From an uncultured delta proteobacterium (GTDB taxonomy: Bacteria; Myxococcota_A; Polyangia; Fen-1088): DNA of 64,000 nucleotides. The stretch is taken from NCBI GenBank assembly GCA_963767925.1, contig CAVYGB010000002.1, positions 1,632,001 to 1,696,000 on the forward strand. Direction: 5' to 3'. Of this stretch, positions 1 to 11,521 are shown piece after piece (the stretch's first letter is position 1; each line of letters opens with the position of its first letter). The position numbers were made by a program, and so were the translations under genes. The notes under the pieces are model-generated. The model made no database searches and was not told the DNA's origin. It saw only the letters and a list, made by a program, of their open reading frames with translations.

Positions 1-311
1 CCGGCGAAGGTCTCACCGTGGCTGGTCACGGCGGCGCCGGGGTCGCGGCCGGCGACCGAGGCCTCGGCGGCGGCCAGGCTCTCGGGGCAGGTGCTGCCCG
101 ATCCCCAGGCGAAGCTGCGCGCGCCTGCGGTGTCGTCGCTGACCAGCACCTGGAACTGTCCGGTCTCCCCGCGCAGGAGCTGCTCGGGCCCCTCGATGCG
201 GATCCGCGGCGCCGTGTTGACCGTATCGGTGAACAGCAGACAGCCACCAGCACCGCTCGCCAGGAGCCCGATCCACGCGACCCGCGCCGCTATCATCCAC
301 GACTTCCTCAT
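1..311 (-). CDS. Putative lipoprotein, partial (runs off the left edge)
   Basis: Translated by hand from ATG at 311: MRKSWMIAARVAWIGLLASGAGGC-LLFTDTVNTAPRIRIEGPEQLLRGETGQFQVLVSDD... Basic N-region, hydrophobic core, lipobox-like Cys, no stop before the edge. Not in the ORF track. Confidence 0.7.
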   Translation of the reverse strand, partial: MRKSWMIAARVAWIGLLASGAGGCLLFTDTVNTAPRIRIEGPEQLLRGETGQFQVLVSDDTAGARSFAWGSGSTCPESLAAAEASVAGRDPGAAVTSHGETFA

Positions 312-560
312 GATCGGCCGGGCGGTAACGCTAACACGCCCAGCGGCGTTGCAACGGCAGCGCCATGCTCCAAAGCCGCCGAAGCCGCGCCAGATGCGAG
401 GTCCTGCCCCCGCCGCACCGGCCCGCCGCACGCGCGGTCGGCAACCCTGATCCAGATGTCCCGATCCCGTCGCCCCGCCGCCCCGCGCCCACCGGCCCGC
501 GCGATGCGCTCGGGGACGGAGACACCAGTTCGCAGAAGCGGACTGCGCAAGTCCAGGGAA

Positions 561-896
561 CTAGGGCAAGAAGGTCGCGGCGGTGTGGAGGACCCAGACG
601 AGGTAGCCGAGGCCGAAGCCGGCGATCGACAGCGGCAGGAGAGGGCGCACGACGCGGGCGACGATCCCGGACAGCGCCGCGGCGACCGGGCGGGCGGGTC
701 GCGGGGAGGTGGGGGAGGGGCGAGAGGCTCGCCAGTGGCGGGCGCTGCTGGCGAGGAGCTCGGCGGTGGCGCGGGCGAGGATCCGTGGCTCGCGGGGGGC
801 GCGCGGGGCCAGGGCGGGGAGATCGCGCAGGGCGCGCAGGACCAGATCGTCTTCGATGTGCAGGGGCAGGTCGGGCGGCGGGGCGGAGTCAGCCAT
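561..896 (-). CDS. Putative membrane anti-sigma factor
   Basis: Start overlaps the ECF sigma stop. About 111 aa with one C-terminal TM segment (LLPLSIAGFGLGYLVWVL). Confidence 0.65.
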   Translation of the reverse strand: MADSAPPPDLPLHIEDDLVLRALRDLPALAPRAPREPRILARATAELLASSARHWRASRPSPTSPRPARPVAAALSGIVARVVRPLLPLSIAGFGLGYLVWVLHTAATFLP

Positions 897-1467
897 GGGC
901 ACGTTCCTTCGCGAGGGTTGCGCGCGGTTCGGGCAGGAGGGCGGCGAGAGCGGCGCGGGCGCGGGCCAGCCGCTGCCGCAGGGCCGGGTAGGTGATGCCG
1001 AGGATCTCGGCGACCTGGGCCTGGTCGAGCCCGTCGACGCCGACCAGCAGCAGGACCTCGCGGTGGGCGGCGGGCAAGCTGGTCAGCGCCTCCTCGACCG
1101 CGGCCACCATGCGCGACTGCGCGGCGGCCGCCTCCGGACCGGGGCCCGGGGTGGCGCACACGTCGTCGGACAGGGCGATCCAGCGGCTCAGGTCGAGCCG
1201 GGACCAGCGCAGGTAAGAGCGGAAGGCGTTGCGGGCCACGGTGAACAGCCACGCCGCCAGGTCGGTGTCCGCGCGCAGGGTCGGAGCCGCCCGCGCCAGC
1301 GCCATCCAGGTCTCCTGAAACAGGTCCTCCGCCACATCGTCCCGCCGCACCGCCCGCCGCAAGAACCCGTACAAGGAGGTCCGGAACCGCTCGTACACCG
1401 CCGAAAACGACGCCACATCCCCCCGCCGCAACCCGGCGAGCAGATCAACGTCCAGCGGTCCCCCCAT
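889..1467 (-). CDS. ECF RNA polymerase sigma factor (sigma-70 family)
   Basis: Region 2 (AEDLFQETW...AWLFTVARN) and region 4 (LPAAHREVLLL...VAEILGI...LRQRLARAR). Confidence 0.95.
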   Translation of the reverse strand: MGGPLDVDLLAGLRRGDVASFSAVYERFRTSLYGFLRRAVRRDDVAEDLFQETWMALARAAPTLRADTDLAAWLFTVARNAFRSYLRWSRLDLSRWIALSDDVCATPGPGPEAAAAQSRMVAAVEEALTSLPAAHREVLLLVGVDGLDQAQVAEILGITYPALRQRLARARAALAALLPEPRATLAKERAHG

Positions 1468-1475
1468 CCCGCTAT

Positions 1476-1501
1476 CAACGTCCGCGGCGCGCGCGTGTGA
1501 C
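1476..1501 (-). promoter_or_regulatory. Putative ECF promoter (autoregulatory) for the sigma gene
   Basis: Minus strand reads GTCACAC-gcgcgcgccgcgga-CGTTG, ending about 9 nt before the sigma ATG. Confidence 0.65.
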
Positions 1502-1535
1502 AGAGAAAACGCGCGCCCCGGACGGTTCCCGGTCG

Positions 1536-1561
1536 GTCACACAATGGGAAGGCAGGCGTTG
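1536..1561 (+). promoter_or_regulatory. Putative ECF promoter for the divergent membrane-protein gene
   Basis: GTCACAC-aatgggaaggcagg-CGTTG: same boxes and same 14-nt spacer as the minus-strand copy. Confidence 0.65.
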
Positions 1562-1605
1562 GAGGTGGGGCGCGGCAAGGTGCTCGCGCTCGAATGGAGG
1601 TCTCG

Positions 1606-1953
1606 ATGCGTGAGCTGATGTCACATGGCGGGCCGGGAATGTGGCCCATCCTGATTCTGGGGGTGGTGGGGCTGGCCACCGCGGGCTGGTTTGCCTGGCG
1701 GGCGGAGGGGCGGGTGGTCGGGTTTGTCGATCGGCTGGGGAGGTCGATCGTCTGCGCGACCCTGGTGGCGCTGGCCATGGACATCATGGCCACCCTGTTT
1801 CATGCCCCTCGGGCCCCGGTCGAGGACAGGACGCTCCTGGTGATGCGGGGCCTGGGCGAGTCGATGTCCCCGCTGGTGCTCGGCTTCGCCCTCCTGTGCC
1901 TCATCAACCTGCTGATGGCCATCGGCCAGCGCCGCCTCGACGGCAAGGCCTGA
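1606..1953 (+). CDS. Small 3-TM membrane protein (short MotA/TolQ/ExbB-like)
   Basis: GGAGG RBS before ATG 1606. GGxxMWPILILG N-terminal motif, three hydrophobic segments, GLGESMSP motif. Confidence 0.75.
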   Translation: MRELMSHGGPGMWPILILGVVGLATAGWFAWRAEGRVVGFVDRLGRSIVCATLVALAMDIMATLFHAPRAPVEDRTLLVMRGLGESMSPLVLGFALLCLINLLMAIGQRRLDGKA

Positions 1954-2016
1954 CCCGCTCGCATCCCGCCTCCGTCACGGCACGGAGGCGGGCGGCGGGG
2001 CGTCGAGGGGACCGGG

Positions 2017-3501
2017 TCAGCCGCGCAGGATCCAGCCGAGGAGCTGGGTGGGGCGGGGCGGTTTCCCTTGCAGGAGCAGGCCGACCCGGAACACGCGTCC
2101 GCCTGCCCAGACGGCGGCCAGGGCGAACAGCAACGTCCCGAGCAAACCTACGATCGGTTGCCAAAGGGGGATCGCCTCGGTCGCCGCCAGCCGCAGCGGC
2201 ATCAGGATGGGTGTCCACATCGGGACGAACGAGAGCGCGGTCGCGAAGCCGCCGGTCGGCTCCTCCAGCACCTTCCACCAGACCATCATCGGCAGCAGCA
2301 TCACCAGCAGGACCGGCAGCACGAAGTTCTGCGCGTCCTTGAGCTCGCTGCAGGCGGCGCCCACCGCGCCGAAGATCGACCCGTAAAGGAGGACACCCAC
2401 CACCGGGAACACCAGCACGGCGGTGAGCACCCCCTGCCGCAGCAAGCTGGAGAGGCCGTATTCGTTCATCAGCCAGGCGCTGCCCGCGACATAGATCACC
2501 ATCGTGGTCAGCGACACCCCGGCGCTGCCGAGGACCTTGCCCAGCATCAGCTCGGCCGGGCGGACGGAGCCCAGCAGCACCTCGGCGATGCGCTGCTGCT
2601 TCTCCTCGAGGGTGCTCTGCAACATGGTCTGCGACATCATGAGCGCCAGGAACACCAGCACCATCACCCCGACGGGCACGAACATGGCGGCGTCCCGGCT
2701 GCGCTCGTCGCCGCTGCCGATGGCCCCGTCGGCGTCGCGGGTGTAGAGCCCCAGGGCATCGACAGTCACCGGCGCCAGCGCGCGCGCCACCACCAGCACG
2801 TCGATCCCCGCCGCGCCCAGCCGCTCGCGCTGCACCGCCTGGTTCGCGGATCGAATGAACCAGCGGGCCAGCCCGGCGGTCGGCGCCGCGATGAGATGCA
2901 GGCGGATCGGCGCCCGGACCGACGCGGCGGCGTCGGCCGCGGTCGATCCTCCCGGCGCCGTCGGTGTCCCGCCGGTCGATCCTCCGGCCGGGGCCGATCC
3001 CGCTGTCGAATTCGCAGGTGCGCCGGGACCCGGCGCTCCGGCGGCGGGGGCTCCCGGTGGGCGCGGCGCTCCCCCGGTGAGGCGGTTGAGCACGGCGGAA
3101 AGATCACCGGGAGCCAGGGCGGAAGGGTCGATCTCGGCGAAGGCGTGCAGCTCGCCCTTGCGGATGCGCTCCGACAGCTCCAGCCGTTGCCCATCGGTCA
3201 GGGTGGGGGTGGGCGCGGCGATGAGCTGGAACCGCGGCTCGACCTGGCGGCGGGTCGCGGGGTCCATCACCTCCAGGCGGTTGCGCAGCTCGGCCGCCTC
3301 GAGCAGGCGGGGCAGGACCTTGCCGGTGGCATCGGCGACGACGACGCGCTTGTCCGCCACATCGACCCGGCCGCGCATGAGCTTCGGGATGGCGGCGCCT
3401 CCCAGCATCAGCACCGGCATCAGCACCAGCGACACGAGGAACGCCTTGCTGCGGACGCTCGAGCGGTACTCCCGCAGGGCGATGACCAGGGTTCTACGCA
3501 T
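2017..3501 (-). CDS. ABC-2 type exporter permease (NatB/YhaP-like)
   Basis: IALREY...KAF start, LEEKQQRIAEVLLGSV motif, six TM helices. Start overlaps the ATPase stop. Confidence 0.9.
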   Translation of the reverse strand: MRRTLVIALREYRSSVRSKAFLVSLVLMPVLMLGGAAIPKLMRGRVDVADKRVVVADATGKVLPRLLEAAELRNRLEVMDPATRRQVEPRFQLIAAPTPTLTDGQRLELSERIRKGELHAFAEIDPSALAPGDLSAVLNRLTGGAPRPPGAPAAGAPGPGAPANSTAGSAPAGGSTGGTPTAPGGSTAADAAASVRAPIRLHLIAAPTAGLARWFIRSANQAVQRERLGAAGIDVLVVARALAPVTVDALGLYTRDADGAIGSGDERSRDAAMFVPVGVMVLVFLALMMSQTMLQSTLEEKQQRIAEVLLGSVRPAELMLGKVLGSAGVSLTTMVIYVAGSAWLMNEYGLSSLLRQGVLTAVLVFPVVGVLLYGSIFGAVGAACSELKDAQNFVLPVLLVMLLPMMVWWKVLEEPTGGFATALSFVPMWTPILMPLRLAATEAIPLWQPIVGLLGTLLFALAAVWAGGRVFRVGLLLQGKPPRPTQLLGWILRG

Positions 3502-4471
3502 GGGCCTCGCCTCCGTCGCTGTCCTGCGCCGCCGGGCCGGCGATGCGCACGAAGATGTCTTGCAGGTGGGGACGCCCCACCTCGAAGTGCTCGACCCGCA
3601 CCTTCTCGACGAGCGCCCGCAGGATCGCCTGCGGGTCGCTCCCCGGCTCGAGCCGCAGCTCCTGGAGCTGCCCGAAGTCATTGACCCGGGCGACACCCGG
3701 CAGCCGCTCGAACGCGATGCGGTCGCCCGCCACCCGGACCTTCACCGTGTCGGTGGCGTATTGCTGGCGGATCGCCTCGAGCGTCCCGTCGAGCACCTTG
3801 CGCCCGTGGTGGATCATGAGGATGAAATCGCACATCCGCTCGGCCACCTCCATGTCGTGGGTAGAGAACAGGATCGTCGTCCCCTTGCCCCGCACCTCCA
3901 GGATGGCCTCCCGGATCGTCTCCATGTTCACCGGATCGAGCCCGGAGAACGGCTCGTCGAGGATGAGCAGCTCGGGCTCGTGCAGGACCGCGGCGATGAA
4001 CTGGACCTTCTGGGCCATCCCCTTGGACAGCGCCTCGACCCGCCGCCCCTCGCAATCGCCGATGCCGAGCCGCTCCAGCCAGCGCCGGCTCTCGACCCGC
4101 GACCGCCGCTCCGGCACCCCCTTGAGCGCCGCGAAGAACCGCAGCAACTCCCCCACCGGCATCTTCCGGTAAAGCCCCCGCTCCTCCGGCAGGTAGCCAA
4201 TCCGGTCGGACGCGCCGTCCCCCGTGCTGGCGTCGTGCCCCAGCACCCGGATCTGCCCCGCGTCGGGATGGTAGATGCGCGTGATCATCCGCAAGGTCGT
4301 GCTCTTGCCCGACCCGTTGGGCCCGATGATCCCGTACACCGCACCCACCGGCACCCGGAACGAGATCCCATCCACCGCCCGCTTCGCCCCGAAGCTCTTC
4401 CGCACGCCTTCGAGCCCCACGGCCTCTCCATTCAAGGTTGCAGACAAGGACCCTCCATCTCCAAGCACCAT
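3494..4471 (-). CDS. ABC transporter ATP-binding protein (NatA/YhaQ-like)
   Basis: Walker A GPNGSGKST, signature LSKGMAQ, Walker B LLILDEPFSGLD, H-loop STH. Start uncertain. Confidence 0.95.
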   Translation of the reverse strand: MVLGDGGSLSATLNGEAVGLEGVRKSFGAKRAVDGISFRVPVGAVYGIIGPNGSGKSTTLRMITRIYHPDAGQIRVLGHDASTGDGASDRIGYLPEERGLYRKMPVGELLRFFAALKGVPERRSRVESRRWLERLGIGDCEGRRVEALSKGMAQKVQFIAAVLHEPELLILDEPFSGLDPVNMETIREAILEVRGKGTTILFSTHDMEVAERMCDFILMIHHGRKVLDGTLEAIRQQYATDTVKVRVAGDRIAFERLPGVARVNDFGQLQELRLEPGSDPQAILRALVEKVRVEHFEVGRPHLQDIFVRIAGPAAQDSDGGEAHA

Positions 4472-4593
4472 GCCAGAACGCACCCCCCTAAGTGTCCTTC
4501 CCACCCCTTTTCCTTCTCCCCCCCAAAAGTCACACCGCCCCAACCCGTGCCGTCCTCGTTCCCGTTCCCGTTCCACCCCCGGCAAGGCCACCC

Positions 4594-4648
4594 CCCCTCA
4601 CCCTCACCCTCTCCCCACAGCCGCAGACGGCCGCGGGGAGAGGGCAAC
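4594..4648 (+). repeat. REP-like palindromic element, copy 1
   Basis: CCCCTCACCCTCACCCTCTCCCC...GGGGAGAGGGCAAC. Related copies at about 22.8, 52.1-52.3 and 60.3-60.5 kb. Confidence 0.75.
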
Positions 4649-4862
4649 CAGCCAGCGGTTTGCCCCGCCTGAGCGCCCGCTCCCCCCGGGCAAAACAGCC
4701 AGCGGTTTGCCCCGCCTGAGCGCCCGCTCCCCCCGGGCAAAACAGCCAGCGGTTTGCCCCGCCTGAGCGCCCGCTCCCCGGGCAAACAGCCAGCGGTTTG
4801 CCCCGCCTGAGCGTCCGCTCCCCCCGGGCAAAACAGCCAGCGGTTTGCCCCGCCTGAGCGCC
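4649..4862. repeat. 47-bp tandem repeat, about 4.6 copies, each internally palindromic
   Basis: Unit cagccagcggtttgccccgcctgagcgcccgctccccccgggcaaaa starts at 4649, 4696, 4743, 4787 and 4834. No unique spacers. Confidence 0.95.
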
Positions 4863-4933
4863 GCTGGGCCCGTGAGGCCCCCCCCGCCGGCGCGTGAGCG
4901 GCCGTCCCCCGGGAAGCACATCCCCACCTCCCC

Positions 4934-5052
4934 GCGCCCCCCGCCGGAAAGCACGGAGCGCCCCCGGACAATCTCGCGCGCCCCCCGCCGGAAAGCACGG
5001 AGCGCCCCCGGACAATCTCGCGCGCCCCCCCGCCGGAAAGCACGGAGCGCCC
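4934..5052. repeat. 44-45 bp tandem repeat, about 2.7 copies
   Basis: Unit gcgccccccgccggaaagcacggagcgcccccggacaatctcgc. The ggaaag core is at 4946, 4990 and 5035. Confidence 0.9.
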
Positions 5053-5082
5053 TCGCCCCAAGCTCGCTGCTAGACTTCCGTC

Positions 5083-5664
5083 ATGCACACCATGGGAGCG
5101 AAGGTCGGCGTCACGCTCCTCGGAACCGGGCTCCTCCTGGGCAGCGGCCTGGGGTGCGGGACCGGGCAGAGCGTCGGAGGAGCGGCGGCGGCCGACGAAT
5201 ACCTCACCCTGCGGACCGAAGGCGCAAGCTGGCAAATGCGGATCGAGCCCTCAGGCCGGGTATCGGGCGCCGACATCGAGCTGGCCGCGACCGGTACCGG
5301 GTACCGGGGCATGGTCGGCGGCCAGCTCGCGGACATGTTCACCGCCGACGGCCGGCGCATCGTCGGCACGCGGGGCGGGTTGCCCATCGACCTGCACGTG
5401 GCAGCGGCAGGAGAGGCGATCTCGGCGACCGGGACATTTGCCGGAACAATGGGCCGGGTGGAGCTGGCGGGGCAGGGGATGAGCAGCAGCGTCGGTCGGT
5501 GCACGGTGGTGCTCGAGCGGCAGGATGAGCGCCGGTATGTGGGGCAGCGGAATTGCCGGGGGAGCGCCCGGTTTTCCAGGACCGAGCTCGAAGTACCAGC
5601 CGCTTTCGCGCTCCTCTCGCCGGAGAGAAAGATCATGCTCCTGGCTGCGCTCACCGGTAGCTGA
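5083..5664 (+). CDS. Hypothetical lipoprotein
   Basis: Signal ending LLLGSGLGC, beta-rich body, Cys pair. Start could be 5092. Confidence 0.75.
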   Translation: MHTMGAKVGVTLLGTGLLLGSGLGCGTGQSVGGAAAADEYLTLRTEGASWQMRIEPSGRVSGADIELAATGTGYRGMVGGQLADMFTADGRRIVGTRGGLPIDLHVAAAGEAISATGTFAGTMGRVELAGQGMSSSVGRCTVVLERQDERRYVGQRNCRGSARFSRTELEVPAAFALLSPERKIMLLAALTGS

Positions 5665-5708
5665 GCCGGGCGCCGCAAGCGCACCCCAGCGCCCGCGCGC
5701 CGGGGGCG

Positions 5709-6431
5709 TCAGTCGCTGTCGATCTCGATCTCGATGTCCGGGTTGTACGAGGGCGGGTCGCCATCCTCGTCGACCGTGATCTCGACGGTCGTCTTCTTCC
5801 CCTCGGGCAAGGTGAGCGAGAAGCTCTGCTCGGAGATGTAGCCCAGCCTGGGGTTCTCGCGGGACCGCACCTCGATGCGCACCCCGAGGACGTGATTGCC
5901 CGGTGGCACCCCGCGCGCCGCCAGCGTGACCGCGTTGTCGCCCAGCGGGGCGGAGCCGGCGTCCCAGATGCGCACGCCATCCAGCCGCAGCTCCGCCGTC
6001 TTCAGCAGGTAGCGGCGCGCCCCCTCCCACTGCACGACCGGGATGAGCTGCGTCGACAGCAGGGCATTTTCCAGCGTCTCGCGCCGGGCGCGCGAGCGGA
6101 ACAGGGCGTCCTTGATCGCGCTGTGCTCGGCCCGCAGCCGCTCGACCTCCGCCGCGCTGGCCTCGCCGGCAGCGGGCCGCCGGTCCGCCGCGCTGGCCTC
6201 GCCGGCAGCGGGCCGCCGGTCCGCGGGCGACCCGGCCGGCGTCGCGCCCGGCGCTTCACCCGCCGCCGGACGCCGCTCGGCCGGTGAACCGGGCGGCGGC
6301 GCACCCGCCGCCTCCCCGCCGCCCCGCGACCCGGCCGGCTGCGAGGCGGTCGGCCCCGCCAGGGCCGCGACGAGCACCAACCCGAGGGCGGCCGCGAGCA
6401 ACGACGGCAACCGCGGCGGCGACAGCTTCAT
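5709..6431 (-). CDS. Secreted myxobacterial protein (signal peptide, Pro/Ala repeats, coiled coil, beta-sandwich)
   Basis: Signal peptide, ADRRPAAGEASA repeats, helix IKDALFRSRARRETLENALL, C-terminal beta domain. Co-oriented with two OM barrel genes. Confidence 0.75.
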   Translation of the reverse strand: MKLSPPRLPSLLAAALGLVLVAALAGPTASQPAGSRGGGEAAGAPPPGSPAERRPAAGEAPGATPAGSPADRRPAAGEASAADRRPAAGEASAAEVERLRAEHSAIKDALFRSRARRETLENALLSTQLIPVVQWEGARRYLLKTAELRLDGVRIWDAGSAPLGDNAVTLAARGVPPGNHVLGVRIEVRSRENPRLGYISEQSFSLTLPEGKKTTVEITVDEDGDPPSYNPDIEIEIDSD

Positions 6432-6498
6432 GTTCTCGTCCCCCTGCGCTTCAGGAAACCCCTCATCGATGTGCTCATCCCTTCAACCGCCCCCCCCG

Positions 6499-7257
6499 TC
6501 ACTCCGTGAACGGCATCAGGAGCCCGACCCCGAGGGTGGCGGCCAGGTCGTTGACCAGCTCGGTCTGGGCCAGGAGCTGCTGGCGGTAGATGTGGTTGCG
6601 GACGTCGAGGCGGATGGTGACCGCGCGGCCGACGAAGAAGCCGAAGCCGATGCCGGCGTTGCCCGCCACCCCGCTGGTCAGCACCGAATCGACCACCCCC
6701 GCGCCGAGGGTGACCGACACGTCGAAGTGCACGATCGACGCCCCCGACTGCAGCTTGGCGTGCAAGGGGGAGAAGACGAGGTTTGTCGAGAAGAGCAGGG
6801 CCCGTCGCTCGCGCCCCTCGAGCAAGGAGAAGGTCCGCTCGAGCTCCGGACCGGGCGTCGACAGCAGGCGGGTGTAAGCGGCGCTGGCCTCGATCGCGAA
6901 GTCCTCGGTCAGGTGGTAGGCATAGGCGCCGCCGGCCACCCAGGTGGCGTCGAACATGTCGGAGACGTAGTGTCCGCCGCGCAGGATCAGCTCGTGGCGG
7001 TTGGTCTTCTGCACCAGCCGATCCCGCACCGACCGCCGCTTCCGCTTGGCGTCCAGGTCGGCCTTCACCGCCTCGTCGAGGCACACCGCCCGGTCCTCCT
7101 CGGCCGCCGGCCCGGTCCGCGCCGCTTCGGGGGGCGCCGCTTCGGCGGGTGGGGGCAGCGGCAGCGGGGGCGGCTGCGCCCGGGCGCTCCCGGCCGGCGC
7201 GGCCGCCAGCAGCAGGGCGAACCCGGCGGCGGCGAACGGACGCCTCAACCGAGCCAT
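6499..7257 (-). CDS. Outer-membrane beta-barrel protein (myxobacterial GltA/GltB-like)
   Basis: Signal peptide, RLVQKTNRHEL motif, amphipathic beta strands, FSPLHAKL motif. Confidence 0.8.
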   Translation of the reverse strand: MARLRRPFAAAGFALLLAAAPAGSARAQPPPLPLPPPAEAAPPEAARTGPAAEEDRAVCLDEAVKADLDAKRKRRSVRDRLVQKTNRHELILRGGHYVSDMFDATWVAGGAYAYHLTEDFAIEASAAYTRLLSTPGPELERTFSLLEGRERRALLFSTNLVFSPLHAKLQSGASIVHFDVSVTLGAGVVDSVLTSGVAGNAGIGFGFFVGRAVTIRLDVRNHIYRQQLLAQTELVNDLAATLGVGLLMPFTE

Positions 7258-7964
7258 ATGCTGAGGCCCACCAGCACGGTGAGGTTGTGGGTGGTGCGGC
7301 CGCGGCCCAGCACCTCCTGGGGCAAGATGAAATCGCGCAGGTCGAAGCGCAGCGCCAGCCGCCGCCAGAGCGCCAGCCGCAGCCCCAGCCCGGCCTGGAA
7401 GGTGATTCCCTGCACGGAGTCGTGGAAGGTGCGGCCCGCGCCGGCGACGGCGTGCAGGTCGCCGTGCAAGATGGTCTCCTCGCTCAGCTTGAACTTGGCG
7501 TGGAAGGGCGAAAACAGCAGCCCGGCCATCGCCTGCAGGGCCGACCCGGGCACGAAGCGGCGGCTCTGCTCGAAGGAGGTGAAGGGCGCCTCCAGCCGGA
7601 ACCGCACCGGCGCGTAGCTGACCAGCACCTCGAGCCCCAGATCCTCGCTCGGGAAGAACGCCACCGCCGCCGCCGCCGTGTACGTCGACGACAGCAAGTC
7701 CGAGGCATACATTCCCCCGAGCGCCGCCAGCTCGAACCGCCCGCGCTTGAGGAAGTCCCGCTTCTGCACCCCCTTGCGCCGGTACCCGTCCGCAGTGAGG
7801 TCATCGAGACACCCCACCCGATTCGGCGCCTCGCCCTCCTCCTCGGGAGCCACCACCTCCTCCTCCGCCTCCGGATCCGCCACCTCGGGCGCCGCCCAGG
7901 CCCCACCCGAGACGAGCCCAATCCCCATCACACACGCAACCGGCAACACCCAACCACCCATCAT
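7245..7964 (-). CDS. Outer-membrane beta-barrel protein (myxobacterial GltA/GltB-like)
   Basis: Signal peptide ending AWA, VQKRDFLKRGRFEL motif, FSPFHAKF, C-terminal VGLSIWLG. Paralog of the adjacent gene. Confidence 0.8.
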   Translation of the reverse strand: MMGGWVLPVACVMGIGLVSGGAWAAPEVADPEAEEEVVAPEEEGEAPNRVGCLDDLTADGYRRKGVQKRDFLKRGRFELAALGGMYASDLLSSTYTAAAAVAFFPSEDLGLEVLVSYAPVRFRLEAPFTSFEQSRRFVPGSALQAMAGLLFSPFHAKFKLSEETILHGDLHAVAGAGRTFHDSVQGITFQAGLGLRLALWRRLALRFDLRDFILPQEVLGRGRTTHNLTVLVGLSIWLG

Positions 7965-8282
7965 GAAACCCCCTTGCCAGCGTACCCCGATCCGCACTCC
8001 CGGAGCAATCCCGCGCCCCCCACCAAGGACCACGCCTCCGCCTCAGCGCCAAAAGGCGCGGAGCCCACCCCTTTGGGCTACCATCGCCGCAAAAAGGCCC
8101 CCACTCCGCAACGTTTCCGTCCCTTCCCCCCGCCCCGTCCGTCGTCTCCGTCCCCGTCCCCCCTCTGCTCTGTCCCCCCCTCCCATCCACCCCACGTAGG
8201 TCCACACTCCCCCACAGCCCCGTGGTACACCCCTTTTCCCCCCTGAATTGCGCAAATGGTGTTGCCGGTGTTGGAGCTTCCG

Positions 8283-11367
<3,085 letters not shown>

Positions 11368-11521
11368 ATCACGCGCCGGGCCCTCCGGGGCTGCGCAGGA
11401 GTGCGTTGCGGCCTCAGGGGCGCGTCTCCGGCGTGCGCCGGAAGGGATTAGCGAGTAGGGTAGTGCCTGCGGCGGTTGGGCGGGGCGGTGCTGTGGAGAG
11501 GTCCCATCTTCCTTGCCAGCC

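Noticed and set aside
4529..4555. Third copy of the ECF promoter (GTCACAC...CGTCC)
   Set aside because: The spacer is 15 rather than 14 nt, the -10 box differs, and no gene start lies within 500 nt downstream.
4649..4862. CRISPR array
   Set aside because: Units are contiguous and near-identical with no unique spacers, and there are no cas genes in the window.
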